Positions 34,522-45,637 of a stretch of DNA of 64,000 nucleotides are shown here, piece by piece. Numbering within the stretch: the first letter of the stretch is position 1; every line of letters starts with the position of its first letter. Below the pieces are notes generated by a model. That model searched no databases. It was not told the DNA's origin and saw nothing but the letters and a program-made list of their open reading frames with translations. The stretch lies in assembly GCA_963713045.1 (NCBI GenBank), contig CAVQKE010000003.1:1344001-1408000 (forward strand), written 5' to 3'. The position numbers and the translations under genes are program-made. Origin of the DNA: an uncultured delta proteobacterium. Lineage in GTDB: Bacteria; Myxococcota; Myxococcia; Myxococcales; Myxococcaceae.

Positions 34522-36456
34522 ATGTGCGGAATAGCCGGCATTCTAGGACGCGTCGACGAGCGGAACCGGGCGGCGCTCGCCCGGATGAGCGCAGCCCTCG
34601 TCCATCGCGGCCCCGATGACCAGGGAAGCTGGGAATCCGCAGTTGACGAACGCGGCAACGGTGCCCTGCTCGCCTTTCGCCGGCTGGCCATTCTCGACCT
34701 CTCTCCTGCCGGGGCAGAGCCGATGGTGGACGAAGTCACTGGGCAGGTGCTCGTCTTCAACGGAGAAATCTACAACTTCAAGGATTTGCGCGAGCGCCTC
34801 CTCGGGCGTGGGCACAGCTTCCGTTCCACCGGCGACGCGGCGGTGCTGCTGCGTGCCCTCAGTACCGAAGGCCCCGCGGCACTGGCCTCCCTGCGAGGCA
34901 TGTTTGCCTTGGCGCTGTGGGACCCCAGGCGGCGAACGCTCCTTCTCGCTCGCGACGCATTGGGCATTAAACCGCTCTACTTCGCCCGAGCCAGCGACCC
35001 AGCGGCCGGGTGGACACTGGCCTTCGCCTCCGAGGTGCGCGCGCTGCTTGCATCGGGCCTTTTGGGCACGCCGCGGCTCGACCCCTCGGCGTCGGCCTCG
35101 CTGGTATGGAACGGCTTCGTTGTCGGCCCTCGCACCGCGGTCCTGGGGGTAGAATCCCTACTTCCCGGGCAGCTCCGCATCGAGCGGAACAGCGGCACTG
35201 AGCGCGTGGAAAGCTTCTGGCAACTGCCAGCTCCGGGCGCGCAGGGCAGCCCAGTCGACGAAGCGCAGCTCGCCGCAGTGTTGGAGGAGTCTGTCCGGCT
35301 CCACCTGGTGAGCGACGTGCCGCTGGGCGTCTTTCTCTCCGGCGGCATCGACTCGTCCGCGGTGGCCAACCTCGCCCAGAAGGCGAACCAGGGCCCGGTC
35401 CACACCTTCACTCTCAGCTTTGAAGAGGAGGAGTACAACGAAGGGCATGTTGCGCGGGCCGTGGCCGAGGCCATCGGAACCGAGCACCAGGAGGTAAAAC
35501 TCACCGAGGGCCATTTCGTCGAGCAGCTCGACCGGGCGCTGGACAGCCTCGACCAGCCTACCTTCGACGGTCTGAACTCCTTTTACATGTCCCTCGCCGT
35601 ACGGGAGGCCGGCTTCACGGTGGCCTTGGTGGGAACGGGGGGCGACGAACTTTTTGGTGGCTACGCCAGCTTTCGCGACTTGCCGACGCTTCATCGCGCG
35701 TCTCACTTTTTCGGGTGGTTGCCGCGGGTGCCGCTGGCCGATGTCGTTCAGCGAATCTTGGCCGCAGGGCACCGGGCGGCGCTTCCTCGCCAGGCGCGTT
35801 GGGCCAAATTGCCCGACATGTTGCGTCGGATGGACGACCTGGTGGCCCTCTACCAGCTTGCGTACGCACTGTTTCTCCCGGACTTCCAGACCGAACTGCT
35901 CGGGGCCTCTTCGGCGGAGGCACTGGCCGACGGGCTACCGGGCGACGTCCGCCAGCGCCTGGTCGAGGAAGTGCGAGGACGTTCGGACCTTCAAACCATC
36001 AGCTTGCTCGAGCAGCGACTTTTTCTCGGCGAGCGTCTGCTGCGGGACAACGACGCCGCGAGCATGGCCGCCTCCATCGAGCAGCGCCTCCCGCTTGTCG
36101 ACCAGACCCTCTTGGAAACCGTGCTTCGGTTTCCTGACGCGGCCAGGTACCAACCTGTCCTGCGCAAAGCGGCGCTCCGCCGCATCGGCCTCCGAGGCCT
36201 CGACCCTGCCCTCTTCGAGCGGCCGAAGCGGGGCTTCGTCCTCCCTTTTGAGCGGTGGATTCGCCAGGGTCTTAACAACACAGTCGACCAAACCCTCCAA
36301 GATGCGGACGCCGTCCGCGCCGCTGGCCTTGCGCCAGAACCGGTCCGCCGACTGTGGAAGGCTTTTCAGGAAGGTGCGCCCGGACTGCCCTGGTCCCGAG
36401 TCTGGGCGATTTACGTCCTCGTCCGCTGGTGTCTGCGTCACAAAGTCCAGCGTTAG
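34522..36456 (+). CDS. asnB: Asparagine synthase-family glutamine amidotransferase
   Basis: MCGIAG, HRGPD, RRLAILD, FNGEIYN, FLSGGIDSS, GGDELFGGY, RPKRGF. Confidence 0.9.
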   Translation: MCGIAGILGRVDERNRAALARMSAALVHRGPDDQGSWESAVDERGNGALLAFRRLAILDLSPAGAEPMVDEVTGQVLVFNGEIYNFKDLRERLLGRGHSFRSTGDAAVLLRALSTEGPAALASLRGMFALALWDPRRRTLLLARDALGIKPLYFARASDPAAGWTLAFASEVRALLASGLLGTPRLDPSASASLVWNGFVVGPRTAVLGVESLLPGQLRIERNSGTERVESFWQLPAPGAQGSPVDEAQLAAVLEESVRLHLVSDVPLGVFLSGGIDSSAVANLAQKANQGPVHTFTLSFEEEEYNEGHVARAVAEAIGTEHQEVKLTEGHFVEQLDRALDSLDQPTFDGLNSFYMSLAVREAGFTVALVGTGGDELFGGYASFRDLPTLHRASHFFGWLPRVPLADVVQRILAAGHRAALPRQARWAKLPDMLRRMDDLVALYQLAYALFLPDFQTELLGASSAEALADGLPGDVRQRLVEEVRGRSDLQTISLLEQRLFLGERLLRDNDAASMAASIEQRLPLVDQTLLETVLRFPDAARYQPVLRKAALRRIGLRGLDPALFERPKRGFVLPFERWIRQGLNNTVDQTLQDADAVRAAGLAPEPVRRLWKAFQEGAPGLPWSRVWAIYVLVRWCLRHKVQR

Positions 36457-36465
36457 CGACCGGTG

Positions 36466-37787
36466 CTAGGAGGCCGGCGCCTCCGCCAGCGGCATGCCAA
36501 AATCCGGCTTGTCGCGCTGCCCAAGCACCCAGCGGTAAACCTCCCGGACCTGGCGCGCTTTCACTTCCCAAGTGAAGAGGCCGAAGACGCGGGCCCGCGC
36601 CCGCTCGCCCATGGTGGCCACCCTTTCCTGGGAGTCCGCCAGGTCCTCCAGGATGGTCCGAAAGGCCATGACGATGGATTCCCGGGAGCCGAGCGGCACC
36701 CGGAAGCCGGTATCGTCACTGACCAGTTCCCCGGGACCGCCGTTGTTGACGACGATGGGGACCAAGCGCAAAGCCATCGCCTCAAGCACAACCCCTCCGC
36801 CGAACTCGCGGATGCTGGGGAAGGCGAAGACTTGGGCCCCGACCAGCCGTTTCAGCACCTCTCGCTGGTCAAGCCATCCAGTCAGGCTGATGCCCTGGGA
36901 GATGTCGCTCCGAGTCGATGAGGCGACGCACCGCGGGCATCTCCGGCCCGTCGCCGATGATGTCCAGCACCACCTTCCCTGAACGGACCAGCGGTGCTGC
37001 GGCCTCGAGCAACATGTCCACGCCCTTGTACGGGACGAGGCGTCCCACGAATGCAACCCGAAGTGGCCCAGCGGCTGTCTTGTTTGGAGAGGGCGGAAAG
37101 CGAGCGGAGTCAATGGCGTTCTCCGGCACATAGACGCAGCGCCCGCGGTGAGGCTTGAAGTCCTCCCAAACGCACGTCGAGCCGGTGATGAGCGCCGCCG
37201 CTGCTGTCCGTGTCGTTCGGTAGCCGGGCATCAGCTTGCGCCCAGCCCGAAGGTAGGAGAGCCACTCGCCCTCACGCCGGAGGACGCTTCCGAATCCCTT
37301 CGGCCAAGGAACGCCCCCGTTGATTGGCCCCCAGACGAACGGGACAGGAATCCGCCGCAGCCGTCCGGCGATGAGTGCTTGGAGTTGGCGGGCTCACCGG
37401 GTTGATTCGATGGACGAGGTCAAACACCCCGTTTTGAAGGTCCGTGCGAAATCGCCGCCAGACCAGCTCCTCGAAGTAGTAGTAGGTCAGAGCGGAGAAG
37501 GCGGTGGTCCAGGTCCAGCCGAAGCGTGTCACCTTGCGCACCGCTTCGCCGAAACGGGTGACTGGCTTCTCGACGGTGCCTGGGTCAATGGGCGTGAAGT
37601 CGCGTCCCTCCACCCATCCGGCCCGTTGAAGCGCGTCGCGATTTCGAATGTGCGTGACGAGGTGGACGTCGGCATGCTGCCGGAGTGCGTGGGTCAGGCT
37701 CCAGCCCTCCAGCGACACGCTCGACGACTCTGGATTGGCCGACTCCCCGAGGACGAGGACCCTGGGCCTCAGCCCAGCTGGCTTCAC
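36466..37787 (-). CDS. GT4 glycosyltransferase, split by several frameshifts
   Basis: Pieces in frames 37272-37787, 36869-37231 (FVGRLVPYKG) and 36466-37131 (PSIREFGGGVVLEAMA). Confidence 0.8.
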
Positions 37788-39640
37788 TGCCCCGGCCCGT
37801 GAATTGCGTCGAAGCGCACCTTCGCGGGCAGGACTCCCACGCGTTCCGAATCGGTGGCCGCCGTCGGGTCAACCCAGGGCCAGGGATTCGAACCGAAGAA
37901 CGCTGGCTTCTGAGGCAGGTAAAGCGACGGGAGAAGGGTTTGGTTGCTGTTGGTCGGGTCCCAAGTCACGGTGTTGGTGAAGTAGTCGTAGTTTCCGTGC
38001 CGGTAGGTGCGGGCGATGACCAACGGGTCCGCAGTGGCCGTCCAAGTCAGCCCGTCGTAGCCCATCTTCCACATCGGCACGGCGGAGGGGTCGTTGGCGT
38101 TGTTGGGGTCTGATTCGTAGAGAAAGTGGGTCTGGTCATACACCTGGCCTTCGAAGTCGGTTCCGGAAAGAAGCGGCATCCCGGGGAAGCCGAGCACGTT
38201 CCCTGCGAAGCTGAACCACCAGGCGGCCGTCTGCAGTCCCACCACGACGCGGGCGTGTGCGTCGAGGAGCACCAGCGGAGCTGCCGAGCGCCTCAGCCCT
38301 ATCCAATGGTTGCGGTACACCGTGCCGTAGGTGGAGTTGCCCCACAGCGACTCAGTATCGAAGTTGAAACCCCCGTTGCCTTCGAAGAGCTCCATGTGGG
38401 CGCCTGCATAGTGGTTGGGACCAGAGCCGATTTCGACCAAGTCCCGGTAGCCCGCCCCGTAGCCGTCCTGAAAGTAGTTGTACCCGAAGACATTGCCACC
38501 ACCGGAGGCACGGGCAATGGTCATCTTGTTGAAGTTCCAGACAACGTTGTTTTCGTACAGATTGTCCGAGGCGTAGGAATTGACGCCGATGCCATACCCG
38601 CCGCCGCCCGGATTGGGGTCGCGGGTGCTGTGGAAGTATGAGTCGCGGACTTCACAGCGGAAGCTACCGTCGAGGTTGCAGCTGTGTCCGATGCTGAGCG
38701 AGCTCTCCACGTTTTTCACCCAAGAATACATGGTGGCAAAGAGGTGGATGTTCCCGCCCCCATCCCCTCCGTCGCCGTTGACTACCGCCAGGTCCTCAAT
38801 CCCTGAATACTTGACGGCCGTCACCGGAGGTCCCCCGGTCGCTGCCGCGGGGGCGACGATGTGCGCCTGCAGCGCAACTTCGAAGAGGATGTGAATCGGC
38901 GTTGTGAAGGTCAGCTGGTTGCCGTTGATGGAAGCAATCTCCAGCGCCTGTCCAATCGGTCGGTTGTATTCGCAAAACCATCCCCGCTGAACGCCGCCCA
39001 GCGGTGCCTGGTTTCCCCAATAGACGTTTCGAACGGGAGGCGTGGTGTCGGAGCGCGTGTCGTCGGACACCTGGTTTAGGTAGACCAGCTCCCCCACCTT
39101 AAACCCGGCGGTGCTGGCCACGCTGACGGCGTAACTGTCCTTGGCCGCATCGGCGGTGAGATTGACGGGCTGGGAATATTTGTACCAGCGCAGTCCAATG
39201 ATGATGACCGGATAGAGTGTCCCGTTCTTGAAGAGGATGGTCTGCGACGGCCCGCTCCCTCGGAGCACCACATTGGAGTGGGTGATGGACAACCCGTCTC
39301 CTGACAGATTGAACGTGCCCGGGTTGAGCAGCACCACCTGATTGGCCGGACAGGCATCCAGCGCGGCCTGAATGGCAGCCGTGTCGTCGCCTCCACTGGG
39401 TGACAACGTCTTGAAGATGGTCGTCCGGTTGGGAATCCCACCCACCGCGTTGAGGCCTGGATTCCAGACCGTCAGCCTCTCGGAAGGCAGAAGTCCGGTG
39501 GTGATGGTGGGCGGCGGGATGGGCGCTGGAGTGCCGCCACCAGCATTGGCTGCATCCCCAATTCTGGCGGTGCAGCCGGCGGTTAGAAGAAGCGTGAAAA
39601 CCGCACCGGCTTTGAAGACCCCTCGCATCCAACTCTTCAT
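37784..39640 (-). CDS. Lipoprotein with a pectate-lyase-like beta-helix (glycan hydrolase/lyase-like)
   Basis: Lipobox TAGC; GGDDTAAIQAALD, VVLRGSG, GIEDL; Asn/Gly-rich repeats; start ATG 39640. Confidence 0.7.
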   Translation of the reverse strand: MKSWMRGVFKAGAVFTLLLTAGCTARIGDAANAGGGTPAPIPPPTITTGLLPSERLTVWNPGLNAVGGIPNRTTIFKTLSPSGGDDTAAIQAALDACPANQVVLLNPGTFNLSGDGLSITHSNVVLRGSGPSQTILFKNGTLYPVIIIGLRWYKYSQPVNLTADAAKDSYAVSVASTAGFKVGELVYLNQVSDDTRSDTTPPVRNVYWGNQAPLGGVQRGWFCEYNRPIGQALEIASINGNQLTFTTPIHILFEVALQAHIVAPAAATGGPPVTAVKYSGIEDLAVVNGDGGDGGGNIHLFATMYSWVKNVESSLSIGHSCNLDGSFRCEVRDSYFHSTRDPNPGGGGYGIGVNSYASDNLYENNVVWNFNKMTIARASGGGNVFGYNYFQDGYGAGYRDLVEIGSGPNHYAGAHMELFEGNGGFNFDTESLWGNSTYGTVYRNHWIGLRRSAAPLVLLDAHARVVVGLQTAAWWFSFAGNVLGFPGMPLLSGTDFEGQVYDQTHFLYESDPNNANDPSAVPMWKMGYDGLTWTATADPLVIARTYRHGNYDYFTNTVTWDPTNSNQTLLPSLYLPQKPAFFGSNPWPWVDPTAATDSERVGVLPAKVRFDAIHGPGQ

Positions 39641-39791
39641 AGGCACGCCGTCGTGAGACGGCGACGGGGTATCCCCAACTTCGCCCACGAATTCAAGCAG
39701 CCGTCGGTTGAATTTTCCGGGGAGAACGTCCCTTTGCCGTGACACCATCGCCGCCGCGGACGTTCTGCTTGCTAAGCAACGCTTGGTCCGC

Positions 39792-41605
39792 TCACGGCGC
39801 CGGCGGTTGGAGAGCATCGAAACGAGCCTTGGCGGGCAGAACGCGCAGGCGCTCGGCGTCGGTGGTCGCAGTGGGCTCCACCCACGGCCAAGCATTGGAG
39901 CCAAAGAAGGCCGGCTTTTGCGCGAGGTAGAGTGACGGCGGCAGGGTGTGGTTGGCGTTGCCAGCTGCCCAGACCACACTGTTCGTGACGTAGTCGAAGT
40001 TTCCGTCTCGGTAGGTCCGCGCAACAACCAGCCCGTCCGCCTGGTTGGACCCAGTACCCTCGGAATAGCCGAGCATCCACATCGGGACCACCGAGGGGTC
40101 CTGCATATTCTCGGGGTCCGCTTCGTAGACGAAGCGTCGCTGGGCGAACTTGTTGTTGTGAAAGTCCCTTCCGGAGAGGAGCTCCATCCCGGGGAATCCG
40201 AGGACGTTGCCCACGAAGCTCAACCACCAGCCGCCAACCTGGACGCCGACTGCGTGACGGTTATGCGCGTCGAGCAGCTGCAGCGGAGGGGCGGACCGCC
40301 GCTGCCCCGTCCAGTGGTTTCGAAACACCGTGGTGTAAATGGAGTTCCCCCAATACGACTCGGCGTCGAAGGCAAAGCCCTCGTTTCCTTCGAAGAGCTC
40401 CATGTGGGCGCCAGCAAAATGGTTTGGGCCGACGCCGGTCTCCACGATGTCCCGGTAGCTCTCCCCGTAGCCGTCCTGGAAGTAGTTGTACCCAAAGACG
40501 TTGCCACCGCCCGAGGCACGGGCAAGGGTCATCTTGTTGAAGTTCCAGACGATGTTGTTTTCGAAAAGGTTGTCCGACGCATACGTGTTGAGGCCAATGC
40601 CATATCCACCGCCCCCGGGGTTCGGGTCCCGGGTGCTGTGGAAGTAGGAATCGCGCACTTCGGAGCGGAAGGCACCGTCCAGATTGCAGCTGTGTCCGAT
40701 GCTTCCTGAACTCTCGACGTTCCTCACCCAGCAGTAAGCGACCCCGAAGAGGTGGATGTTTCCGCCCCCGTCGCCCCCCTCGCCGTTCACCACCGCCAAG
40801 TCCTCGATGCCGGAGAATTTCACAGTGTCCACCTGCGCCCCCTGCGGAGCGTTGGAAAGCCGGACGAGGTGGGCCCCAAGCGCAGTCTCGAAGTCGATGT
40901 GAAGCGGCGTGGTGAAGGTGAGGTGGTTACCGCGAACCGTGGCGATTTCGAGGGTCTGCCCGATGGGCCGTCCTGACTCGCCAAACCAGCCACGCTCTAG
41001 GCCCCCGGGCCTGGCATGAATTCCCCAATACACCTTCCGCACCGGGGGCACGGTGTCCGACCGCTGGTCGTCGGCGAGCTGATTCAGGTAGACAATCTCC
41101 CCGTCTTTGAATCCGGGATTTCTCGACACGGTGGCTGCCTTCGACCCCTTCGGTGCGTCGGCGGTGAGGGGGACTGGCGCCGAGAACTTGAACCACCGCA
41201 GGCCGATGATGATGACCGGCATGTCTTTCCCGCTCTTCACCAGCTTCGTCTGGGAGGGACCGCTCCCGCGCAGCACGACGTTGGAACGCGTGATGGACAG
41301 CCCGTCCCCAAAAATGTGGAAGGTGCCTGGGCGAAGGAAGACCACCTGTCCGGCCGGACAGGAGGCCAGGGCGGCCTGGATCGCCTCGGTGTCATCCCCC
41401 CCCACTGGGCGAAAGTGTCCTGAAAATGGTGGCGCGCTTGGGAATGCCTCCCACCGCGTTCAGCCCGGGGTTCCAAGTGGTCGAGTCGCTCTTCGGGAAT
41501 CACCCCCCGAGCGACCTCGCTGACGCTGCTGGCACCAGGTGCGCTTTGCGCAACAAGCCCTGGAAGCAAGAAGACAAAGGCCACGCGCCACACTGCAAGT
41601 CTCAT
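39792..41605 (-). CDS. Secreted beta-helix protein, tandem paralog; frameshifts near 41400-41480
   Basis: Shares blocks with 37784-39640 (RDSYFHSTRDPNPGGGGYG, ARASGGGNVFGYNYFQDGYG). Confidence 0.7.
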
Positions 41606-41709
41606 CGGAGGGCCTTGGGCCAAGACGGTGCCTTCTCAGAAGGCAGGCGACATCGCAACACCTTGCACCGGACGCCGAAGCGGCGGCGGCAGTCCTCTCC
41701 TACCCCGAC

Positions 41710-42480
41710 TCATGACTGTGCCGCGAATGGATTCTGGTACAGCCCGAGCCGCTGCAGAAGCAGGTAGTACAGCACCGGCGGCTGATGCACGAGGTAGCGG
41801 CGCCAGCGTTGCCGGGGCTCGCTCACCAGGCGGTAGAGCCACTCCAGGCCAGCATCGGTGACCCACTTCGCTGGCCGCTGCAGGGTACGCGCCTCGTAGT
41901 CGATGGTCCCACCCAGCGGGAGGAAGGCCTTCACCAGCGGCAGCCGCTCGCGCTGCTGGACGATGAACCGCTCCTGTCGCCCCGCGCCTAACCCCACCAC
42001 TAGGACACTTGCCTTGGACTGGTTGATGCGATGGACCATCCGTTCGATTTCGTCCGGTCTCTGGTCGTAGTCGAAAGGTGGCGAGTCCGTACCGACCACC
42101 ATCCTCCGCCCGACTTTCTGGTTGATGTTTTCAGCGGCGATTTCGGCGACTCCAGGTCCGCCGCCGCAGAGAAAAATGGTCACGCCCGGATTGTCTTGAT
42201 GCTTCAAGTAGTAGCGCGGGAAAAAATCCGAGCCCGACACCCGTCCCCGCAGGGGCGTCCCCAGAAATTTGGCTGCGGCGAAGAGAATTTGGCTATCGCA
42301 GGTGACGGGACTGAAGCTGGGCAGGACCTCATAGAAAGCGCGGTCCTGCTGCAGCTTCATAATCATGTCGACGTGGAGGGTGAGGAGCATTCCGCCCTCG
42401 AAGGAGTCCACCAACTCGTCCAGAGTGATGTCGTCGACGTCGACATTCAGTAAGCGCACCTTCCTGACGATGGACGGCAT
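41710..42480 (-). CDS. WecB/TagA/CpsF glycosyltransferase (EpsA-like)
   Basis: RVSGSD, VGLGAGRQE, GGTID, GLEWLYRLVSEP..WRRY. Confidence 0.9.
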   Translation of the reverse strand: MPSIVRKVRLLNVDVDDITLDELVDSFEGGMLLTLHVDMIMKLQQDRAFYEVLPSFSPVTCDSQILFAAAKFLGTPLRGRVSGSDFFPRYYLKHQDNPGVTIFLCGGGPGVAEIAAENINQKVGRRMVVGTDSPPFDYDQRPDEIERMVHRINQSKASVLVVGLGAGRQERFIVQQRERLPLVKAFLPLGGTIDYEARTLQRPAKWVTDAGLEWLYRLVSEPRQRWRRYLVHQPPVLYYLLLQRLGLYQNPFAAQS

Positions 42481-42485
42481 GCGGT

Positions 42486-43357
42486 TCAGGTCGGCCAGAA
42501 ACGCTGGATGAGGGCCTGGGTCTGGCCGATGTTGCCGCGCGAGGAGGCGCCGAAGACGATGGACTGGAGCCCCTCGAGGCCACAGGCCCACTCGATGGCC
42601 TCCTGCGGCGGGATGGCTCCGGAGGCAAGCACCGACATGGCGATGGCCCTGCATTTCCGCGTGCGGAGCACGCTGCGGTAGGCGTCGACGCCGCCGCTCA
42701 TCCGGAATCCGATTTTGTTGATGTTGGCGCAGACGATTGGGTTTTCCACACCGGCCTGCTCCAATGCGTCGAGGAGCAGCGGCAGATTCATGGTGATGAA
42801 GCCGGCTTCGGCGCCGTACCGCTGGCGGACGTAGCGGTCGAACTCTGCGAAGACGGGATAGAGTTTGAGCCCGAGGAGCAAATCGGTCACTACGTTTTGG
42901 ATGAAGATGACCGGAGTATTCAAACCCTCGAAGCGCTTCATCTCCGCGTCGACCAGGAGTCTCATCAAGGCATGGATGTCGCGGGTCAGCGTGCCCACGG
43001 CTCCCCGGATGAGGGTGCTCATCACTCCGCCGGTGGCGAAACGCTGGATGGTCTCGATGACGCCCACCTGACTCACCGAGTTGGCGTACTTATGTGCGTA
43101 GGGCATGCACGGGAAATAGATGAAGTCGCGGTACCGCTAGCAGGGTCCGCGCGCATGTGGTCGCAAATCTCGCCCACTCGGTCATAGGTGGTGCACATGA
43201 AGGTGCGGATGCCCATCTGGTAGGCATCGTCCAGCACCGCGATGATTGCCGAGGTGTCCTTGAACCGCACCAGTTGCTGTCGGGCCTTCTCCTCCGACAT
43301 GTGATTCACGCCGAAGAACTGGTTGTCGCCGAAGAGAATGCGGTCGATGGCTGCCAT
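42486..43357 (-). CDS. Conserved aldo/keto-reductase-like barrel protein, frameshift near 43120
   Basis: ILFGDNQFFGVNH N-part continues as MPYAHKY...AMSVLASG..IVFGASS in another frame. Confidence 0.6.
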
Positions 43358-43365
43358 GGGGGAGC

Positions 43366-44389
43366 TCAGCCGTTGGCCTGGTGAGCCTGAAGAATGAGGT
43401 CGACCAAGCGGTCAGTTTCGTAGGCGCTGGCGAAGGAATTTTCGTGGTCCATATTTCCGGTGCGTACCGCGTCGGTAAAGGATTCGAGCTGGGCCGAGTA
43501 CTCTTCGCCGCGAAGGTAGAAGCTGACTGGCTTCTGCAGGCTGGTGATGTAGCGCGTGTTCCAGCCCGGGAAGTAATCCTCGAATCCGCTCTCAGCCCGC
43601 AGGTAGAGTTTGAGTTCTTGCCTATCAGCCACCAGTTTCCCACCGGTGCCATGGACGGGTGAGGGTGGTCGTCATCTTTCGGTAAGTCTCGTCGCTCCAG
43701 TTGGTCTCCAGGATGCCGCTCGCTTGGTTCCCGTAGGCGAAAACGGCGGACACGGCATCCTCCACATCCTGAGAGAAAATGGTCTGCAACCTTGCGCCCT
43801 GGACGCGGGTAGGTGGCCCGACGACGAAATTCATCAAGTCGATGACGTGACTTGCGTAGTCGTGCAAGCAGCCGCCGCCTTCTGACTTGCTCGCGCGCCA
43901 GGTCCGATTCTGCTCCTTGACCACCACCTGCCCGAAGGCGCTGCCGTGGATGTTGGACACTTTGCCCAGGGCACCGGCGCGCACCAGCCGACGCGCTTCC
44001 TGGAAGGTTCCGATGAAACGGTTGTGGTAGCCGACTTGGTTGACGCGTCGGCGCTGGACGGCAAGCTCGGACAGGGCGCGGCTCTGCTCTGCAGAAAGTG
44101 TGAGCGGCTTTTCGACGAAGAGGTGGGCGTCGCGCTCGAGGGCGTACCGGGCGCAAGCAAAATGGGTGGAAGTGGGGGTGGCGACAATCACCGCATCCGG
44201 ACGCGCTTCGTCCACCATCTCCTGGTAATGGGTAAAGGTCCGAACCCCGACGTATTTCTTCAGGACCGAGAGGACGTAGCGCGAGGTGTCGCAGACCGCG
44301 ACCACCGCTGCGTCCGGCAAGGCGTTGGCGATGGAGAAGTGCGACAGACCCATCTTTCCGGCACCAACGATGCCGATTCGGATTGCCAT
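43366..44389 (-). CDS. Gfo/Idh/MocA oxidoreductase, frameshift near 43655
   Basis: GIVGAGKMG, HLFVEKP, VGYHNRF, GGGCLHDYASH. Confidence 0.85.
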
Positions 44390-44470
44390 GCGTTGCTAGG
44401 CTCCGTGGAAGACGCTCGCGACAGGGCGCGCAAGATCGCCGAAGTCGCCTGCCGCCTCAATCCCCCCGGG

Positions 44471-45448
44471 TCAGTTTGCACTCGGGGAGTGAGATGGATT
44501 CCATCGCGCTTTCTGACGCTCATTGAGGTCGGCGGTGGCACTGGCTTTTCCCCGCAGTAGGCATGCCCACTGATAGCGGCGGAGGAAGCGCCGAAATTCG
44601 GCGTCGCCATAGCGGGGACTCCGCTTCACCATGCTCTTCAAGTAGCCGTAGAGCATCGCCACCCCGCCGACGATGCGCGGCGGCCGCGTCGCCCGGTAAA
44701 CGGCGCTGGCGAACATGTAGACCAATGAGGTCCCCATGAAGTACTGCCCGAAACCATGGCGCTGGCGGCCAGTCCACCAACTCTTGTGACTGGTCCCCAT
44801 CGGGCGAAGGTGGATGAAGCGCAGCTCCGCTTCGTCCCACGAGAGGGCAATCCACCCCAGCTGGCGGCAGCGATGGCCGTCGATGCCATCCCACATCAGC
44901 TCGCGGGTAAACCCCCCCATCTGGCGGAAGCAGCTGGTGCGGTAGAACTTGGCCATCCCCACCGAGTTTTCGTCGCCCAGCATCTCGGAGACGAATCCGG
45001 CAGTGTTGACCAGCGGAAACTCCGCCGGCCGTTCCCTTTCCGAAACCGGGAAGTAAGGCTTGCCGGAGGCGGTTCCAATGCGCGGTTCGGCCTCCATCCG
45101 CTGCATCAGCGTCTCGAAGTAGCGGGGAGGAAGTTCCAGGTCCAAATCGAGTTTGCAGATGTAGTCGAACTGCTCGGGCTCGATGGAGCTGTACCCGCTG
45201 TAGAAGGCATCGATGACTCCCCCGCCGAGTTTGCGATCGCCTCGATTGGGCCGGGTGAGGACCCGGATGAAGGGAAAGCGCGACGCGTACTCCGCTAGAA
45301 TCTGCGGCGTTCCATCGGTCGAGCCATCGTCGACGATGACCCACAACGTGGGAGGCACCGACTGCCGCACCACCGACTCCAGCGTACGGCGCGCGTAGCT
45401 GGCTTCGTCGCGGCACGGAGTGATGAGACAGTACCTGCGTTCGGCCAT
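44471..45448 (-). CDS. GT2 glycosyltransferase
   Basis: ITPCRDE, WVIVDDGSTDGT, KLDLD. Confidence 0.9.
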   Translation of the reverse strand: MAERRYCLITPCRDEASYARRTLESVVRQSVPPTLWVIVDDGSTDGTPQILAEYASRFPFIRVLTRPNRGDRKLGGGVIDAFYSGYSSIEPEQFDYICKLDLDLELPPRYFETLMQRMEAEPRIGTASGKPYFPVSERERPAEFPLVNTAGFVSEMLGDENSVGMAKFYRTSCFRQMGGFTRELMWDGIDGHRCRQLGWIALSWDEAELRFIHLRPMGTSHKSWWTGRQRHGFGQYFMGTSLVYMFASAVYRATRPPRIVGGVAMLYGYLKSMVKRSPRYGDAEFRRFLRRYQWACLLRGKASATADLNERQKARWNPSHSPSAN

Positions 45449-45637
45449 CCGTGCGCTCCCCAACCATCCGACGGCCCTCCTCTACCACGAGAGTTGAACC
45501 GTCCGACCAAGACCCGAAGGGTGGCCACTGACCCGTGGCGACTCGGCCCGAGCGAGAACTGGGATGAGACGCTATAACTCCAGCGCTTCGGGTAACTCCC
45601 GGCGCCGACCGTCAAGAACGAAACTTCAAGACAAGGA

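Noticed and set aside
16836..36456. Lasso peptide cluster (peptide + RRE + transglutaminase-like protease + AsnB-like cyclase)
   Set aside because: AsnB keeps its full glutaminase domain and lies about 10 kb away; the peptides lack a lasso YxxP leader and a ring-forming core
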